A stretch of DNA of 63,527 nt, counting the filler, from Octopus bimaculoides (lineage: Eukaryota): NCBI RefSeq assembly GCF_001194135.2. It is 7 parts of 7 records of this genome, joined end to end, with 100 filler letters (N's around TTAATTAATTAA, not from the genome) between each part and the next. Parts side by side here need not be neighbours in the genome. Positions count along the whole stretch, not along the records: positions 24,817 to 47,007 come from NC_068985.1; positions 47,108 to 50,131 come from NC_069005.1; 5 more parts are not named here. One strand, written 5' to 3'. Positions 37,493 through 50,097 of the stretch are shown here, one piece after another. Below the pieces are notes generated by a model that was given only the letters and a program-made list of their open reading frames with translations, did no database searches and had not been told where the DNA came from. Made by a program: the position numbers and the translations under genes. How positions within the stretch are numbered: position 1 is the first letter of the stretch; every line of letters begins with the position of its first letter.

Positions 37493-38297
37493 TCACGCAT
37501 CGGTGTTTGGGAGTGGTTGACAATGACTTTTTTGTCGCCGTGTCGGGAGACTTTCGATTTTTCCACCCTCCTCTTTTGCTCAGTCTGTCTGTTACAATTC
37601 CTTATTAGACTGCGTCAGGTAGATCACTTAACTGCAAAGCTCACAGACGACTCTGGATTAATAGTGAAATCTTCTAAGATGTCTTTGATAGCATCTTTGT
37701 GGCTTCTACGCTATTCACCGACTAAACTCGCTGTAGTATTGGGGTTTCAGAAATGTTTCTCAGTGCATTCTGGCAATGTAACAACACTAACGCAATTAAG
37801 CTCCACATTCAATGTGGATGCTAAACAATACGGCACAATTGAAAATCCCGTTGCCTGAAACTTTGACCGACCATCGAATGTGCTGTATTTTGCATAGTTC
37901 TGTTGGAATCTATTAATATAATAAATTGTACGGAGAACAGTAAAAATCAAAACTTCATACGTTCAAACATGTTTCAACGTAAACATGTTAATCGCTGCTG
38001 CATTTTTTCTACGGAGAACAACTTATTTCAGACACGTACATCTCTCCATCAAAAGCTCCCATCCGAGCTTTGTAGAGTATCAATAAGCGTTGGAACGAAG
38101 ATCTATTGTTCGGAAGGCGAAATCCTCGGTGAGTGTGAGACCCAGATAGAGCCCTCATGACTGGAAAGATGGTGTGGGCCCTAGTTGTATGCCGGTCGTA
38201 CCTAAGTTGAGCATGGAGTGATGCTGTCTACTTGATATAAGCAGTGCTCGTGTTTCCGTGCTGTTAAGTGAGACAAGGTTGTTAAATTCCTTCTATA

Positions 38298-38619
38298 GGC
38301 GCAAGAGTGGCTGTGTGATAAGTAGCTTGCTTACCAACCACATGGTTCCGGGTTCAGTCCCACTGTGTGTCACCTTGGGCAAGTGTTTTCTAATATAGCC
38401 TCGGGCCGACCAAAGCCTTGTGAGTGGATTAAGTAGACAGAAACTGAAAGAAGCCCGTTGTATATATGTATATGTATATATATATGTGTGTGTTTGTGTG
38501 TCTGTGTTTGTCCCCCCAACATCGCTTGACAACCGATGCTGGTGTGTTTACGTCCCCGTAACTTAGCGGTTCGGCAAAAGAGACGTATAGAATAAGTACT
38601 AGGCTTACAGAGAATAAGT
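38298..38619 (+). mobile_element. SINE family A, running into a gap
   Basis: ggcgcaagagtggctgtgtg...ggttcagtccc...aataagt. Confidence 0.93.
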
Positions 38620-39087
38620 NNNNNNNNNNNNNNNNNNNNNNNNNNNNNNNNNNNNNNNNNNNNNNNNNNNNNNNNNNNNNNNNNNNNNNNNNNNNNNNNN
38701 NNNNNNNNNNNNNNNNNNNNNNNNNNNNNNNNNNNNNNNNNNNNNNNNNNNNNNNNNNNNNNNNNNNNNNNNNNNNNNNNNNNNNNNNNNNNNNNNNNNN
38801 NNNNNNNNNNNNNNNNNNNNNNNNNNNNNNNNNNNNNNNNNNNNNNNNNNNNNNNNNNNNNNNNNNNNNNNNNNNNNNNNNNNNNNNNNNNNNNNNNNNN
38901 NNNNNNNNNNNNNNNNNNNNNNNNNNNNNNNNNNNNNNNNNNNNNNNNNNNNNNNNNNNNNNNNNNNNNNNNNNNNNNNNNNNNNNNNNNNNNNNNNNNN
39001 NNNNNNNNNNNNNNNNNNNNNNNNNNNNNNNNNNNNNNNNNNNNNNNNNNNNNNNNNNNNNNNNNNNNNNNNNNNNNNNNNNNNNNN

Positions 39088-39099
39088 CGCGCGCGTGTT

Positions 39100-39144
<45 letters not shown>

Positions 39145-39507
39145 GTTATTTAGTATTTGTTATTACACGAAAACAAACACATGAAACCATTTGCAAAGTA
39201 GTATAGGAAGAAATGAAAAATAAAGAACGGGAAAGGCGGGAGAGAACAGACGAGTGACAGAGAAGGAGAGGGAAAGAGTGAGGAGGGAACAGAAAACAGA
39301 CGGAGGAAGAGGAGGAGGAGGAGTTTGAAAAAGAGTATTTGAGAGAATATGAAAAAATACATGTAATTCAAGACAGCACCTGCATATATATATATGTGTG
39401 TGAATGTGTATGCGTGGATGTGTGTTTGAGCATTATGCGTATACCAATCAGTGTATGTATGTATGTATGTATGTATGTATGTATGTATGTATGTATGTAT
39501 GTATGTG

Positions 39508-39538
<31 letters not shown>

Positions 39539-39561
39539 TTGTATGTGTATGTATATATATA

Positions 39562-39636
<75 letters not shown>

Positions 39637-39648
39637 ATAAATGTGTGC

Positions 39649-39681
<33 letters not shown>

Positions 39682-39742
39682 CTTACACATACATATATGC
39701 ATATGTATTTATACATATATACATAGGTACATACATACATAC
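39088..39742. repeat. (AG)n and compound (TATG)/(TA)/(TG) microsatellites
   Basis: Direct inspection; source of the false 200-aa ORFs. Confidence 0.85.
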
Positions 39743-40214
39743 GCAAGGAATCCACCCAAACAGCTTCATGAATAAAAGAAAAAACACTGAAAGAAATGAC
39801 GACATTTATACGCAGTATATAAACATATGTATCCAGTATATAATAGCAGTTTTGCGCTGCAAGGAAGAAATAATAAATTTTCTACGTTTCAGACAGTGGT
39901 TCTCCTTGAAGAAAATGCCGAGAAAAAGTTCCTTGGATCGGTATTATAGGTGACCTCAAGGTCACTTTGTGTTGAGTAATTAGCGGAATAATGTGGTAAG
40001 AGAAGGAATCGTATTTCCTGGTCAAGAGAAATTTTGTTAAATGAGGCACTGAGTGAACGATAAGTTCTTTTACAAGAAGTTTACTGGAGTGTATGTATTT
40101 GTGTATCTATATGCTTGAATGTGTGTTTACTAAATATGTGTATAAATAGGTGTGTGTTCATATGTGTGGTGGTATTCTTGTGTCTAATGCGATGTGAATA
40201 TGTTGTATCTTTAA

Positions 40215-40342
40215 CTTTTATTATTTTTTTACTTGGACTGCCACCGTGCTTGGGCAACGCTTTGCAGAATTTTAGTCGACTACATCGATTCCAGTTTTTA
40301 TGTCTTGCCCTTATTTTATCTGTTTCTTTTGCCGAACTGCTC
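40215..40342 (-). mobile_element. SINE family A 3' part, highly diverged
   Basis: ttagtcgactacatcga...cttttgccgaactgct. Confidence 0.5.
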
Positions 40343-41042
40343 GAGGATTGTATGTTATGTTGAGTCACTTTTAGTGCAGCAGGTAAAATGTAACCCAGTT
40401 CAACCTTTCGTATGATTGGGCCGTCATCGACTAAACCGACAACCTTTACAAGCCTACTTGGTAAGAAGTAGGATTTTCTGAAGGACGAAAAACGAAACCT
40501 GTCAAAGAGCAGATAAAGTCAGTATAGTCAGTAGCCATCTAGGATTGAGTTATTCTTCGTACTTGTTTAGACATTTCTCTACGAGAAGTAAAACTCGTAT
40601 GTGATACTACCACTTGGTTTTGTTTCTATAGAGGTCATTGCAAGACAAAACATTTAACGATTTAGATGGAGTCAAATGCACCTAGATAACATTTTTTTTC
40701 TTCAAAACCAGTCAAATTTTATGCTGATGGAATATTTAAATTGCTTGATAGATGAGCAAAGGTCATTGATAATAATGGAAATTATTCCATTCAATAAAGT
40801 TTATTGAAAGGTCAATTATTTATATCCCATTTTATATGTTAAAAACGCTCAGAATTTTCCGGACAACCTAATATAATTAAATACGCATGCATAAACACAC
40901 ACACNNNNNNNNNNNNNNNNNNNNNNNNNNNNNNNNNNNNNNNNNNNNNNNNNNNNNNNNNNNNNNNNNNNNNNNNNNNNNNNNNNNNNNNNNNNNNNNN
41001 NNNNNNNNNNNNNNNNNNNNNNNNNNNNNNNNNNNNCACGCA

Positions 41043-41074
<32 letters not shown>

Positions 41075-41965
41075 TTTACAAATTGCTTATTGATATATTC
41101 GTTCACAAAAATATATTTGTATATTTTCTGGAGATATTAGTTTTAAATTATGGCACAAGGCTAGGAATTTCGGGGAAGAGAGTATTTTGTGGAGATAATA
41201 ATAACCAAGTGTAGTGATACCCTTTACGTGACCACTCGAACTGCTGAAAATAACAGCCAAATCTCATACAGATATAACACTACCTTCTCTAAAATAGAAG
41301 GATACAATGGAAATAGTAGAAGTTAATATATTATATCTCAAATATAAGGCGCGATGATCATGTCGTGGGTAGAATGTCTTTTTTGCGGATTAATCATAGA
41401 TTTATGAGTCTCCGAGAAAGTGCATGACCTAGTGCATTAGGTCGTGGGTTCAATTCCTGGGCCTGGTAGACTTTCATTTTACCTTGCTCCAGTCTTCTAT
41501 GCAGTAATGAATACCAGCTTATATTCAAGACACATCTTCTCTCTTCCCTACACACACCTGTCACATCCTTGATGTGCCATTGGATCAAGGGTGAGAAGGG
41601 CTGACTGGACATCAATGTTTATTTGAAACTACATAGGCAACTTAAACAATCAATTAAACCATGGTACTTGCTGTTACAAGATATACTCGCTCGCGAGTGA
41701 TGGCACTTTGGGAACATGCAATATTTAGTTACGTCTATTTACAATGTAAGTTCAAATCCAACAGAGTGGGGATTGATAAAGTAGGTGCCAGTCAATGAAT
41801 AGGGCCACTGTAAATGCCAATAAATTCTCCCTTAAATTTGTGGGATTCGGCTTATGTTCGTAACCAACATTTAATTTCGTCCAATAGCGTTCTCTTTCCC
41901 TAGCAGACAAGCTGGGCATCAATCACATCGATGCAACGTATATTTGTCTAAGATGGTCTGCAAAA

Positions 41966-42111
41966 GTAGCCTGCTTACCAACCATATGGCTTCGGGTTCA
42001 TTCCTACTGCGTGACACCTTGAGCAGGTGTCTTCTACTATAGCCACGGGCCGACTAAAGCCTTGTGAGTGGATTTGGTAGACGAAAAACTGAAAGAAGCC
42101 CGTCGTATATA

Positions 42112-42150
<39 letters not shown>

Positions 42151-42505
42151 NNNNNNNNNNNNNNNNNNNNNNNNNNNNNNNNNNNNNNNNNNNNNNNNNN
42201 NNNNNNNNNNNNNNNNNNNNNNNNNNNNNNNNNNNNNNNNNNNNNNNNNNNNNNNNNNNNNNNNNNNNNNNNNNNNNNNNNNNNNNNNNNNNNNNNNNNN
42301 NNNNNNNNNNNNNNNNNNNNNNNNNNNNNNNNNNNTGTGTTTACGTCCCCGTAACTTAGCGGTTCGGCAAAAGGAGACCGATAGAATAAGTACTAGGCTT
42401 ACAAAGAACAAGTCCTGGGGTCAATTTGCTCGACTAAAGGCGGTGTTCCAGCATGGCCGCAGTCAAATGACTGAAACAAGTAAAAGAGTAAAGAGTAAAG
42501 AGTAA
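41966..42505 (+). mobile_element. SINE family A spanning an N gap at its internal (TG)n
   Basis: 5' half 41966-42110, 3' half 42335-42505 with (AAAGAGT)n tail. Confidence 0.9.
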
Positions 42506-42986
42506 CCAACAATAACAACGACGACAAAAAAAAAATCTATTCAAAGATTATTCAGTTTCTAAGCCTGGAGAGGGAAGGTGTTGCACACGGAGTCACCAGG
42601 GAAGGTTACAGAATACAGCAAAAAGGAAGAGTTCACAGCAAAGCTGGATAAGTGCAATTTCCGCTATGAACTCGCCAATAACTAATTGTTGCCGACGTCG
42701 ACGATAGTCTGCTTCCTTGGATTCCGGATGTTACCTTAAATATAGAAAGTAGTAAGGTCACGTGTTATGAGGAAAAAGGAATTCTCTAAAGACAGAGTTG
42801 TTCAATGACTTGAAAGAATGTTATGTTGTGTGAGTTTGTTTCATTTCTTAATCATCCAGTTATCTATGAGGATATTTTTAACTGACGTATGTATGTACGT
42901 ACGTATGTATATTATTTATTCATGTATATATGTATATGTGTGTGTGTGTGTGTGTGCGTATGTATATCTATCTATCTATCTATCTA

Positions 42987-43064
<78 letters not shown>

Positions 43065-43074
43065 NNNNNNNNNN

Positions 43075-43558
43075 TGAACGAGGTATAAACAGTAGCCGCA
43101 CGACATCGTGAAGTATATTTGCCACCTAAATGTGGTTAACCCTTAAGGGTTGATGCTACTGTAGCTTGTAGCCCCAGGAAGACATCTCATCCAGCTGGCT
43201 ATTGACACACTATCTGTGCCCGATCAATATTTGCAAAGAGAAGTCATCGTTCCCATCTTCAGCCTGACGTGATACACACGGACCCGAGTTTCTGGGTATT
43301 GACTCGTCATCAGCGTGTGACAACTACCGGTTGACGATGGGAAGTGGTTCTCAATGCAAATATATATACTTTTCCAGTGATGAAAAGTCACTGAGCTCAG
43401 AAAAGTGGAAACAAGCAATAAGTCTCTGAGCGAAGTATAAATAGTAGCCGAACGACATATTAGGTGGCAAATATACTTCACGATGTCGTGAGGCTTCTGG
43501 CTATACCTTGCCCAGAGATTTATTATTGTTTGTTTCCACTTTTTCGAGATCAGTGACT
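43075..43558 (-). mobile_element. Candidate non-autonomous hammerhead element (retrozyme/PLE-derived), ~352-bp unit plus inverted end
   Basis: Direct repeat gtataaa.agtagccg.acgacat at ~43083 and ~43435 (period 352); inverted duplication 43458-43558; hammerhead inside. Confidence 0.6.
43275..43319 (-). ncRNA. Type I hammerhead ribozyme motif
   Basis: Minus strand: CACACG-CUGAUGA-CGAGU(CAAU)ACCCA-GAAA-CUCGG-GUC^CGUGUG. Perfect core and 6-bp stem I, near-palindromic stem III, stem II with two mismatches. Confidence 0.75.
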
Positions 43559-44525
43559 GTCTGTCTACAAACTCTTGTGCACTACAATCTTATTAGGAAA
43601 CAATTTAGGCCTAACGATATCAACAGCAATGTTCATACTATTCAGTAATGTAGAAGGCTAAGAGCTGAGCCGACGTCTAATAAATATAGAAGTAAAAAAC
43701 ATCAACCATCACTGAATGTGTATAAATTATCCAACATAGAAGTCATATCTGGAATAATTTGATCAGTAAAGCATTGCGTTGAACTATTGCTCTGGGCTAC
43801 ATCCATAACATGAACGCGTATTGCTACCAATGAAGAAAGGAGCCACTACACAGACACATAGACACACGATCTGCTAGAACCGATAGTTCTTACTATCGTT
43901 TAGGATAAAATAAGACTAATTCGAATAATGTAGCCTGAGAGCATATCATTGGGTCGTCTAATATATATATATTTTTTTTTACTTTTTTTCGTTTTTCAAC
44001 TTTGTACTCCATCGTCCTATGTCTGGAAAGAAGTAAAAATTTATTCAGATTTCAAAAATGATAAATAAAAGTTTTGGAGGAAGAGAAAGAACTAGAAAAC
44101 AAAACAAAACAAAAAAATCCTTATAAGATACTTCGATAAAAATAGTTTTCTTGTTAATTCGAATAACATAAGAAATAATTAAAATATATGACTGGAAAAA
44201 AAAATGAACGAATTTATCTAACAATAAATGATATAGCCAAAGATAATATATCTAATAAGACGTTATGCTCACAGCTGGCTTATATTTGGTTATAGGTATG
44301 TTTGATTAGGACTGATCTAAGGATAAGCAACAATGATATTTATTGTTGCTTGTTATAGTCTTATCAAACAAACTCATATTTGAGAGCTAAATAAATAGAG
44401 CGGACCAGTTGAGAGTTTTCTTCCATATTCGAACATTAAAACACAATCCTACTGTATTTTTACTATATATAACGACAGTTTAAAGGAGTTTCTCGGTGGT
44501 AGTTAAAAGAGTTTGGACTATAAAT

Positions 44526-44907
44526 TGTCGGCACTCCGTCGCTTACGACGTCGAGGGTTCCAGTTGATCCGATCAACAGAACAGCCTGCTTGTGAAGTTA
44601 ACGTGCAAGTGGCTGAGCACTCCACAGACACGTGTACCCTTAACGTAATTCTCGGGGATATTCAGCGTGACACAGTGTGACAAGGCTGACCCTTTGAAAT
44701 ACAGGCACAACAGGAACAGAAAGTAAGAGTGAGAGAAAGTTGTGGTGAAAGAGTACAGCAGGGTTCGCCACCATCCCCTGCCGGAGTCTCGTGGAGCTTT
44801 AGGTGTTTTCGCTCAATAAACACTCACAACGCCCGGTCTGGGAATCGAAACCGTGATCCTATGACCGCGAGTCCGCTGCTCAAACCACTGGGCCATTGCG
44901 CCTCCAC
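44526..44907 (-). mobile_element. SINE family C, full length (tRNA head, RTE-like tail)
   Basis: Minus head gtggaggcgcaatggcccagtgg (A-box)...ggtttcgattccc (B-box); 3' end cgacgtcgtaagcgacggagtgcc. Confidence 0.92.
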
Positions 44908-45065
44908 GGACTATAAATAAATAAAGCTAAAAACTCATTTTATAATTTCCGGATTAAGTCACTTAGATAAAGTTCAATTCGAATAAGAACTAGCATGAAA
45001 GCCATTTTAATTGCTAACACATATATCATTTCATAACATATCATATATCATGTCATATCAAATTA

Positions 45066-45245
45066 TATGTGTGTGTGTGTGTATGTGTGTGTGTATGTGT
45101 GTGTGTATGTGTGTGTGAGTGTGTGAGTGAGTATGTGTGTGAGTGTGTGTGTATGAATCTATGTATATACATGTGTGTGTGTGTTGTGTGCGTGAGTGTG
45201 TGTGTATGAATCTATGTATATATATGTGTGTGTGTGAGTGTGTGT

Positions 45246-45276
<31 letters not shown>

Positions 45277-45300
45277 CTATATGTATATGTGTGTGGATCT
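45066..45300. repeat. Degenerate (TG)n tract
   Basis: Direct inspection. Confidence 0.85.
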
Positions 45301-45314
45301 GTGCGTGCGTGTTA

Positions 45315-45520
45315 TCTTTTACTTGTCTTAGTCATGAGACTGCGGCCATGCTGGAGTACCGTTTTGAACGGTTTAGTCGACCCCAGAACTTTCTTTTTCC
45401 ATGCAGATTTCGTCTACCAAAGTCAACGGAAAGGTATTGGCTGATATGAGCCTGTATTAGAAGACACTTGCCCAAGCTGCAGCACCATGCGATTGAATCC
45501 GAAACCAGGGGATTACAAAA
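45315..45520 (-). mobile_element. SINE family A, internally deleted and diverged
   Basis: Tail gactgcggccatgctggag joined to gtctaccaaa...agaagacacttgcccaag. Confidence 0.7.
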
Positions 45521-46520
45521 GGAGCTTCTTAACCACACGTTGTTGTTGTAGTTATAATTATTATTTACGTAGTACATCAGATCTTTGACATAAGTATAAT
45601 GAAGAGCCAGTAACTTTGTATCTATGATACTCAAGTTCTTAATAGCCAAGTAGATCACGTGTAATAAAGCAACGACAAAGAAATAACGAACAAATTGTAA
45701 AGACAATGCAATGAACGTTGTGGAGGGAAGAGAAAGAAAGGCAACGACTTTTCGAACGGTAGTCCTTCGTCAAAACAGAAAGAGTGGGGTAGAGGGAAAA
45801 TAGAAAGGGAAAACGGAAAAAAAAAAAACATAATTCTTATTCACCCTTCTGGAATGGCGGACAGAAAGTCGTGGAGTGAAGTTGATTAGCTTGTTTGCTT
45901 TATTTTATATAATTTACTTACATATAATTTTACCACACTGAAACAGACTTAACTCGGATTACATCTGATATTTTTATTACCGTTTTTATATACTTCTGTC
46001 ACACTATAAATTTTCTCTCACTCTCTCTCTCTCTCTACGCGCCCACACATACACACACACACACACAAACACTCTCTCTCTCTCTTTCCTTTACTCTCTC
46101 TTACTCTCTCACACGCACTCTCTGTTTTTCGTTCATTCACCCTCGGCCACTCTCTTTCTCTTTCCCACTCTCTCTGTGCTTTTCTTTTACTTATTTATAA
46201 TTGAACATCACAAGACATATGATGGAACGTAAGCAAATAAGAACGCATCGTCGCTGTCATCACCGTCGTTGTTTGGCTAGCCCCATTAAGGCTTCCCCGA
46301 GCAGACTGATGACCAAAAGCGTTCCAACCATGACCACCTTCGTCCATTGTATTTATCATGGCTTATATTATTCAATATGTCCTTTCACAGTCTGATTTGA
46401 GGGAGGTTAAAAAACAACGTAAAAGCTATTCTCATTATCGGATTATTGTGTGTGTGTGTGTGTGTGTGTGTGCGGGAATAGAGGAAAATACTATTTCTGA
46501 TCTCTATAACAGTTTGGATA

Positions 46521-46632
46521 TTCTTTTACTCTTTCACTTCTTTCAGTCATTTGACTGCAGCCATGCTGGAGCATCGCCTTTAGTAGAGCAAATCGACCGC
46601 AAGACTTATTCTTTATAAGCCTAGTACTTATT
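46521..46632 (-). mobile_element. SINE family A 3' end, cut by the element at 46633
   Basis: ttcagtcatttgactgcagccatgctggagc...cctagtacttatt. Confidence 0.85.
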
Positions 46633-46910
46633 CTAGTAGAGATACCCGGCGTTGCTCGTGTTACATGCAATGGAAGAATTAGACTTTTCTGTTATATTTT
46701 CTCCAATGAACTGGAATACCTATGATTCGAATTTCATCAAAATTGCAGATGAGGGTTCTTTCTCTCTTTACACACCGTAAAAAATTCTAATCATGACACA
46801 TGTATCCCATACTACTGACCTTTGTGCGCAGATTCCAAAATTCCAGTCTTATGGAACCTGAAAAATGGAGGTCATGGAGCTCTAAAATTTGAGAGTTAAG
46901 GCCTCTATTA
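46633..46910 (+). mobile_element. HINE/DINE-1-like (Helentron-associated) non-autonomous element
   Basis: Starts ctagtagagatacccggcgttgctcg, like the ACTAG...CCCGGCGTTGCTCG ends of HINEs, and ends cctctattatatata. Confidence 0.55.
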
Positions 46911-46933
46911 TATATATATATATATATATATAT

Positions 46934-47007
46934 GGGTTTCAGCCAAGTGGCTGTGGTCATGCTGGAGCACCACCGTGATTTTCTGTCTTTATGCTTTGCT
47001 CTTTCAC
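46934..47007 (-). mobile_element. Second copy of the CR1-group LINE 3' terminus
   Basis: gtttcagccaagtggctgtggtcatgctggagcaccaccgtgatttt matches 16914-16960. Confidence 0.8.
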
Positions 47008-47051
47008 NNNNNNNNNNNNNNNNNNNNNNNNNNNNNNNNNNNNNNNNNNNN

Positions 47052-47063
47052 TTAATTAATTAA
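47052..47063. other. Assembly gap spacer TTAATTAATTAA (artefact)
   Basis: Between N runs. Confidence 0.95.
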
Positions 47064-47124
47064 NNNNNNNNNNNNNNNNNNNNNNNNNNNNNNNNNNNNN
47101 NNNNNNNTATATATATATATATGT

Positions 47125-47340
47125 AAAACAAATAATAAATGAGTATATGCATATATACGTACAGGTATATGTGCATACCTACGTCTACCTGTATATATAG
47201 GTGCATATCTGGGTACAGGACATTGCAAACAAAACGTAGACAAGAAAATAATAATAATCAGAGTACAGAAAACACACAAGCCACATAGAGAACATTTTCC
47301 TTCATCAGCTACCCCCATTTTAACACCAGTGTTTCGAAAT
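47125..47340 (-). repeat. ~215-bp dispersed repeat, copy 1 (PLE-terminus-like)
   Basis: Near-identical to 48418-48633 and to the reverse complement of 49886-50102; ends in (TA)n. Confidence 0.9.
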
Positions 47341-48387
47341 ACACAAACGAGAGAGAGAAAATGGAATTCACAAGACTCTCAGGAGCGATCCCAGGAATTT
47401 TTTCCAAGGGAAGGCACAAGGTCAGAAGGGAATACAATTCCAGGAGAAAAGGGTGTAATAATATTATTTAGAAAGGCACAATTTCTATTACAACATATTT
47501 TATATAAACTATGAATACAAAAGAAATTCCTGAACTATATCCATGGCATATACCTCCTTACAGTTGTTGACATCAGGTAACCGAATACTGCAGACAGGCT
47601 TTAAACAGCATACTGACAAGGTGCGTGCCCGAATATAAAATTATTTCTATATGTGCGCGCGCGCGCGCGCGTAATACTTTTATACTAAATGTACAAAGTA
47701 CACAAAAATATTAAAAAGTTTTATTTGTTCTAAAGTTCGCACGTAGATTTAAAAAAGAAGTCAGAAAACATTTGGTCTTAGGACTTCATACACCTGGTGT
47801 CAAATTCGAAAGGCGATAGTTTGCGATGAAGAAGTAATTGCTGCTATTTCTGGACGGTCGAGTGTCCAGTAAAAATCTCAGTTACTGTTTTTTTAACTCT
47901 AGATCAGAGTCAATATGGTAAATAAAAGGACCTTACATTTTAAACCTGATTCAACAGATATATTTAAACATTGTAATTTGAGGATGAGTAGCTGCTACTT
48001 CTAGTAGGTCAAGCGACTACATAGGGGCCCCTCACTGACAGGTAGCATATCAACGTTTTTTAAGTATCACTCCCTTGTCAGTGTTTAACTCCAGGTTAGC
48101 TCCGACTGTCAAGCAAGATCTGAGATCATAGCCATTCCAGCTGTGACCATCATAATTATTACTTTATAATTATTCAATGAAAAGGCAGATTGAATCTGCT
48201 CCATAACAAGAACTGGTAACGTTGTCATGGCAACAGAATTGAAAATAATACATCATTCCGCATCCATGTGTGTGTGTGTGTGTAATGTATGTATGCGTGT
48301 TGCTGTATTTCTGCTAACCTGAATTTGTGTATGTACACGTCTATCTATATGATGTAAGCTTTCTATGCGTGTATGAGTGAGTGTATG

Positions 48388-48417
<30 letters not shown>

Positions 48418-48423
<6 letters not shown>

Positions 48424-48633
48424 AATAATAAATGAGTATATGCATATATACGTACAGGTATGTGCATACCTACGTCTACCTGTATATATAGGTGCATATC
48501 TGGGTACAGGACATTGCAAACAAAACGTAGACAAGAAAATAATAATAACCAGAGTACAGAAAACACACAAGCCACATAGAGAACATTTTCCTTCATCAGC
48601 TACCCCCATTTTAACAACGGCGTTTCGAAGAGT
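48418..48633 (-). repeat. ~215-bp dispersed repeat, copy 2
   Basis: Near-identical to copy 1 (47125-47340). Confidence 0.9.
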
Positions 48634-49885
48634 AGGGCACACACACACACACACACACACACACGTATGTTTGAATGTGCGTCCGTAAGTGTATGGTTTA
48701 ATTTATGTTCGCGTGTCGTGTGAACATGTAAACACCGTGGTCATTAGCAAGGTAAATAGATAGACAGGTAGAACAATAGCTAAAAAATAGACACGTGACA
48801 GAGAAAAGGAAAGTGTGTGAGAGAAACAGAAAGCTAAAAAGAGAAAATAAAAGATAGATATATTGATAGGCAGATAGATAAACACATAGATAAAGAGAGA
48901 GAGAGAGAAGAGGAGAAATAATGACAATCTACTCAAGGTTAATAGGTTAAGAAAATGATTATAATGCAGAGGTAAAGAGATGATGATGATGATAGCCTTA
49001 CCTTAAACAGCTTTATTTTCCCGCCACCACTGCCGACAACAACGGGCCTTCTTAGTACTGCGCTTATACGAAGATTTTATTTCGTGAGATGGAATTGTTT
49101 GATAGGAAAGACACATAAAGCGATAAACCAAACGAAAAAAAAAAAACTGTATCAATCAATCCCCAGTCACTCTGGCAACATGTAAAAATGTCAGTTGTAC
49201 AACAGCAAAAAGAAAAAAATGCACAAAAAAAGAACCTTGTCTGACAATACTTTCTATGTATTGTATATAATATAAAAAAAAACTTGTGTTGTTCAAGAGT
49301 GGATGTGACTTAAAACCAGAATAATAGGCATTGTATGTCCCAAGTTAAAGTTTCCATATGAATAATTCTCAGCTGATAGCATTGTCATGTCTTTTAGTTC
49401 AGACATTCCTTCCATATCTTCCTTGGTAGGGGTTTTTTCTTTTAGCTAATCTGTCATTTGTTTCACCTGACGTTCCGTCCTTCGTCTGTCTCTCTCTCCT
49501 CACCTGTTCACTAATGAACTCATCCTCCGCCCTTTGTCGCGGCAAAGCTAACATATAAACAATGATTCTTCACTCACTCACTCACTCACATTCGCAGTCA
49601 CACTCACTCACCCGCACGTTGACAGTCATACATTCTTTCTCTCTTTCAATAAATCTCATCTCTTTTTCTACATACATTCATGCATTATACATACTAAAAA
49701 TGTGGAAGGCCGGTTTGTGGGATTACCTTAGGTTTCTCGTCCATAAAGGGTTTAGTTTCATGGCGTACCGTCAGGTCTCCAAATCCTGTTGGCCCATGAC
49801 CTCTTCACTTATACATCTAAGAGTGTGCCTCTCTTTTCGGATTTATATTTTCTACAAACGACACACGCACACACACACGTATATA

Positions 49886-50097
49886 ACTCTTCGAAACGCC
49901 TGTGTTAGAATGGGGGCAGCTGATGAAGGAAAATGTTCTCTATGTGGCCTGTGTGTTTTCTGTACTCTGGTTATTATTATATTTTTGTCTACGTTTTGTT
50001 TGCAATGATCTGTACCCAGATATGCACCTATATACACAGGTAGATGTAGGTATGCGCATACTTGTACGTATATATGCATATACTCATTTATTATTTG

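Noticed and set aside
43700-43860. Open minus frame WLLSSLVAIRVHVMDVAQSNSSTQCFTDQIIPDMTSML
   Set aside because: No recognisable homology or clear donor site; length compatible with chance
44860-44907. tRNA gene
   Set aside because: The tRNA-like A/B boxes continue into a multi-copy SINE body and no full cloverleaf is present
45738-45776. Minus-strand UUGACGA...GAAAAGUC hammerhead-like motif
   Set aside because: Core altered at two positions and no stem I
47300-47365. Hammerhead in the 215-bp repeat (GAAAC-palindrome then CTGATGA)
   Set aside because: As type II, stem I does not pair; as type I, the upstream core is replaced by CTCTCTC, although CCATTTT/AAAATGG pairs
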